Shown piece by piece: positions 48,833-50,644 of a DNA stretch of 50,644 nucleotides; the first letter of the stretch is position 1, and every line of letters starts with the position of its first letter. The DNA is from Octopus bimaculoides (Eukaryota), in NCBI RefSeq assembly GCF_001194135.2, contig NC_068981.1, positions 193,272,005 to 193,322,648 on the forward strand. The letters are read 5' to 3'. Under the pieces are notes generated by a model. The model was given only the letters and a program-made list of their open reading frames with translations, was not told where the DNA came from and did not search any database. A program made the translations under genes and the position numbers.

Positions 48833-49138
48833 CCAATGGAAGGAAACAAGATCTACTGAAAGGGATGTAAATTATCCAATTTTCACTGGTTAACTGTTCA
48901 ATAGACAATATATAATATTTAGTAGAAAAATTTCTGCAATATAAGTGGGTATATATACACAATATGATAATGAAAAGAAAATGGAGTGTTCAAATTGACA
49001 TATGCTAATTTATTAACATAATATATTATTATTACAATGATATAAAAATAAATATAAATATAATCCCTACAATTGTCTCGATTCAAACCCAAAAGCCAAC
49101 AACAAATTTATAAAAATTCATATTATGGAAATATTTTG

Positions 49139-50232
49139 AGTAAGTTCGTTTTTTTAGTGTAAAATAAAAGTAATTTTTTTTTCATACAACTTTAATCAAT
49201 TATATATTCTCCATTTTGTTCGATGACCTTTTGTCATCTTTCTGGCAACTTCATGATTCCACGCTCATAGAACTTCTGGTTCTTATCAACCAAAAACTGA
49301 AGCAAGTGCGATTTCAGGTCATCATAATTATAGAAAGTTTTGCCATTCAAAGAATTTTGTGAACTTTGAAATAGATGGTAATCTAATGGTGCAAGGTCAA
49401 GGCTGTATAATGGATGTGACATCACTTCCCGAGCAAGCTCCAATAATTTTTCACGAGTTAGCAGAGACGTGTGTGGTATAGCGTTGTCATGGTAGAACAC
49501 GGTTCCTTTACGATTTGCCAATTCTGACCGTTTTTCTTTCATTGCTTCCTCCAGTTTCATTAGTTGTTGACAGTAAACATCTGAATTGATCGTTTGGTTC
49601 CTTGGAAACAGCTCAAAATACACAACATCTTTGCAATCCCACTAAATTGACAGCATGATCTTTTTTGATGCAATTCAGCTTTCAATGTGGTTTGTGTTGG
49701 TTCATTACGCTTGGACCATGATAGTTTTCGATTGAAGTTATTGTAGACAATCCCTTTTTCATCACCAGTGATAATTCGGATAAAAAAAAAGGTTGATTTT
49801 GTTGTGTTTGAGATGCATATCGCAAATATTGGTTCGCTGTGTTAAGTGAATCTCTTTTACTTTATGTGGAACCTAAATATTGAGCTTCTTAACTAGTCCA
49901 AGACATTTCACGGGATTTTCAATTGTTGTGTATGATACATTTAACCTCTCTGCAATCTGTTGCACAGTTATATGACAACGAGATTTCTTGCCGTTACGGA
50001 AATATATAAAAAAATAAAAATATGGCGTGAATGTTCATTTTTGCACTTCATGTTAAAATTGACTCTGAATTAACAGCTGTAAACAAAATCACACGCAATT
50101 TACTTGTAAAGTAAGCTAAGAGTAACGGGTATCAAATGGCAAAAGGAGAAAATCATAACATTGACAAAAGTAATTTAAAAAAATCGTAACTCTATTTGCT
50201 AAAAACGAAATTATTTTCTTGCCAACCCAATA
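49139..50232 (-). mobile_element. Mariner transposon, near full length with an internal deletion, non-functional
   Basis: TIR TATTGGGTTGGCAAGAAAATAATTTCG at 50232, partial TIR near 49140. ATG at 50051 (MKCKNEHSRHIF..), *VPH, IITGDEKGIVYNN, HDNAIPH, YSLDLAPLDYHLF (ORF 49234-49623). Confidence 0.92.
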
Positions 50233-50308
50233 CATATGTATAGATATATGTGTGTGTATGTATGTATGCATGTATGCATGCATACATGAATGTATGTATG
50301 TATGCGTA

Positions 50309-50359
<51 letters not shown>

Positions 50360-50362
50360 ATA

Positions 50363-50644
50363 TATTGGGTTGGCAACTCCTTTTTGCTTTTAATCAAGGT
50401 TCTAGGGCCGCAAAAGCTGCTCGTGACATTTGTGCCGTGTAAGGAGAGGGTGCCATAGTTGAAAGAACTGCTTGTGATTGGTATGCCAAGTTCAAAAATG
50501 AAAATTTTGACCTCAAAGATGCACCTCGTTCTGGCCGTCCAGTTGAGTTCGAGGAAGAGCGATTAAACCAACTTTTGCACGAAGATTCTCGTCAAATGAC
50601 AAGGGAACTGGCAGAGAAAATGGAATGCTCCCACACTGCTATAG
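50363..50644 (+). mobile_element. Mariner transposon 5' part (runs off the window)
   Basis: 14-bp TIR end TATTGGGTTGGCAA joined directly to HTH-coding sequence AARDICAV*GEGAI..DWYAKFK..DAPRSGRP; contains a stop codon. Confidence 0.85.

Overview
AT-rich, microsatellite-rich animal genomic DNA with four assembly gaps. The repeat families look like those I recall from Octopus genomes (an inference, not a database result). Only one convincing protein-coding gene is present: an intact single-exon CDS for an hnRNP A/B-family protein (two RRMs plus a Gly/Tyr-rich tail; 40283-41101, minus) in a locally CpG-retaining region. The rest is decayed mobile DNA: three mariner copies, a Tc1/maT-like fragment, RTE, CR1-like, R4-like, CRE-like and HERO-like LINE fragments, a Penelope-like (PLE) ORF end, three tRNA-headed SINE families and many RTE-type 3' tails ending in (GAT)n. 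The most interesting signal is not in the ORF track. Three loci fold by eye into type I hammerhead ribozymes with short, (near-)palindromic stem III, as described for PLEs. All three carry a non-Watson-Crick 10.1:11.1 pair. One has a ~90-nt stem II insertion, one has the compensatory U3-A8 core, and two lie inside head-to-head palindromes that would normally be annotated as MITEs. All alignments, folds and translations outside the ORF track were done by eye, so repeat boundaries are approximate (about +/-10-30 bp).
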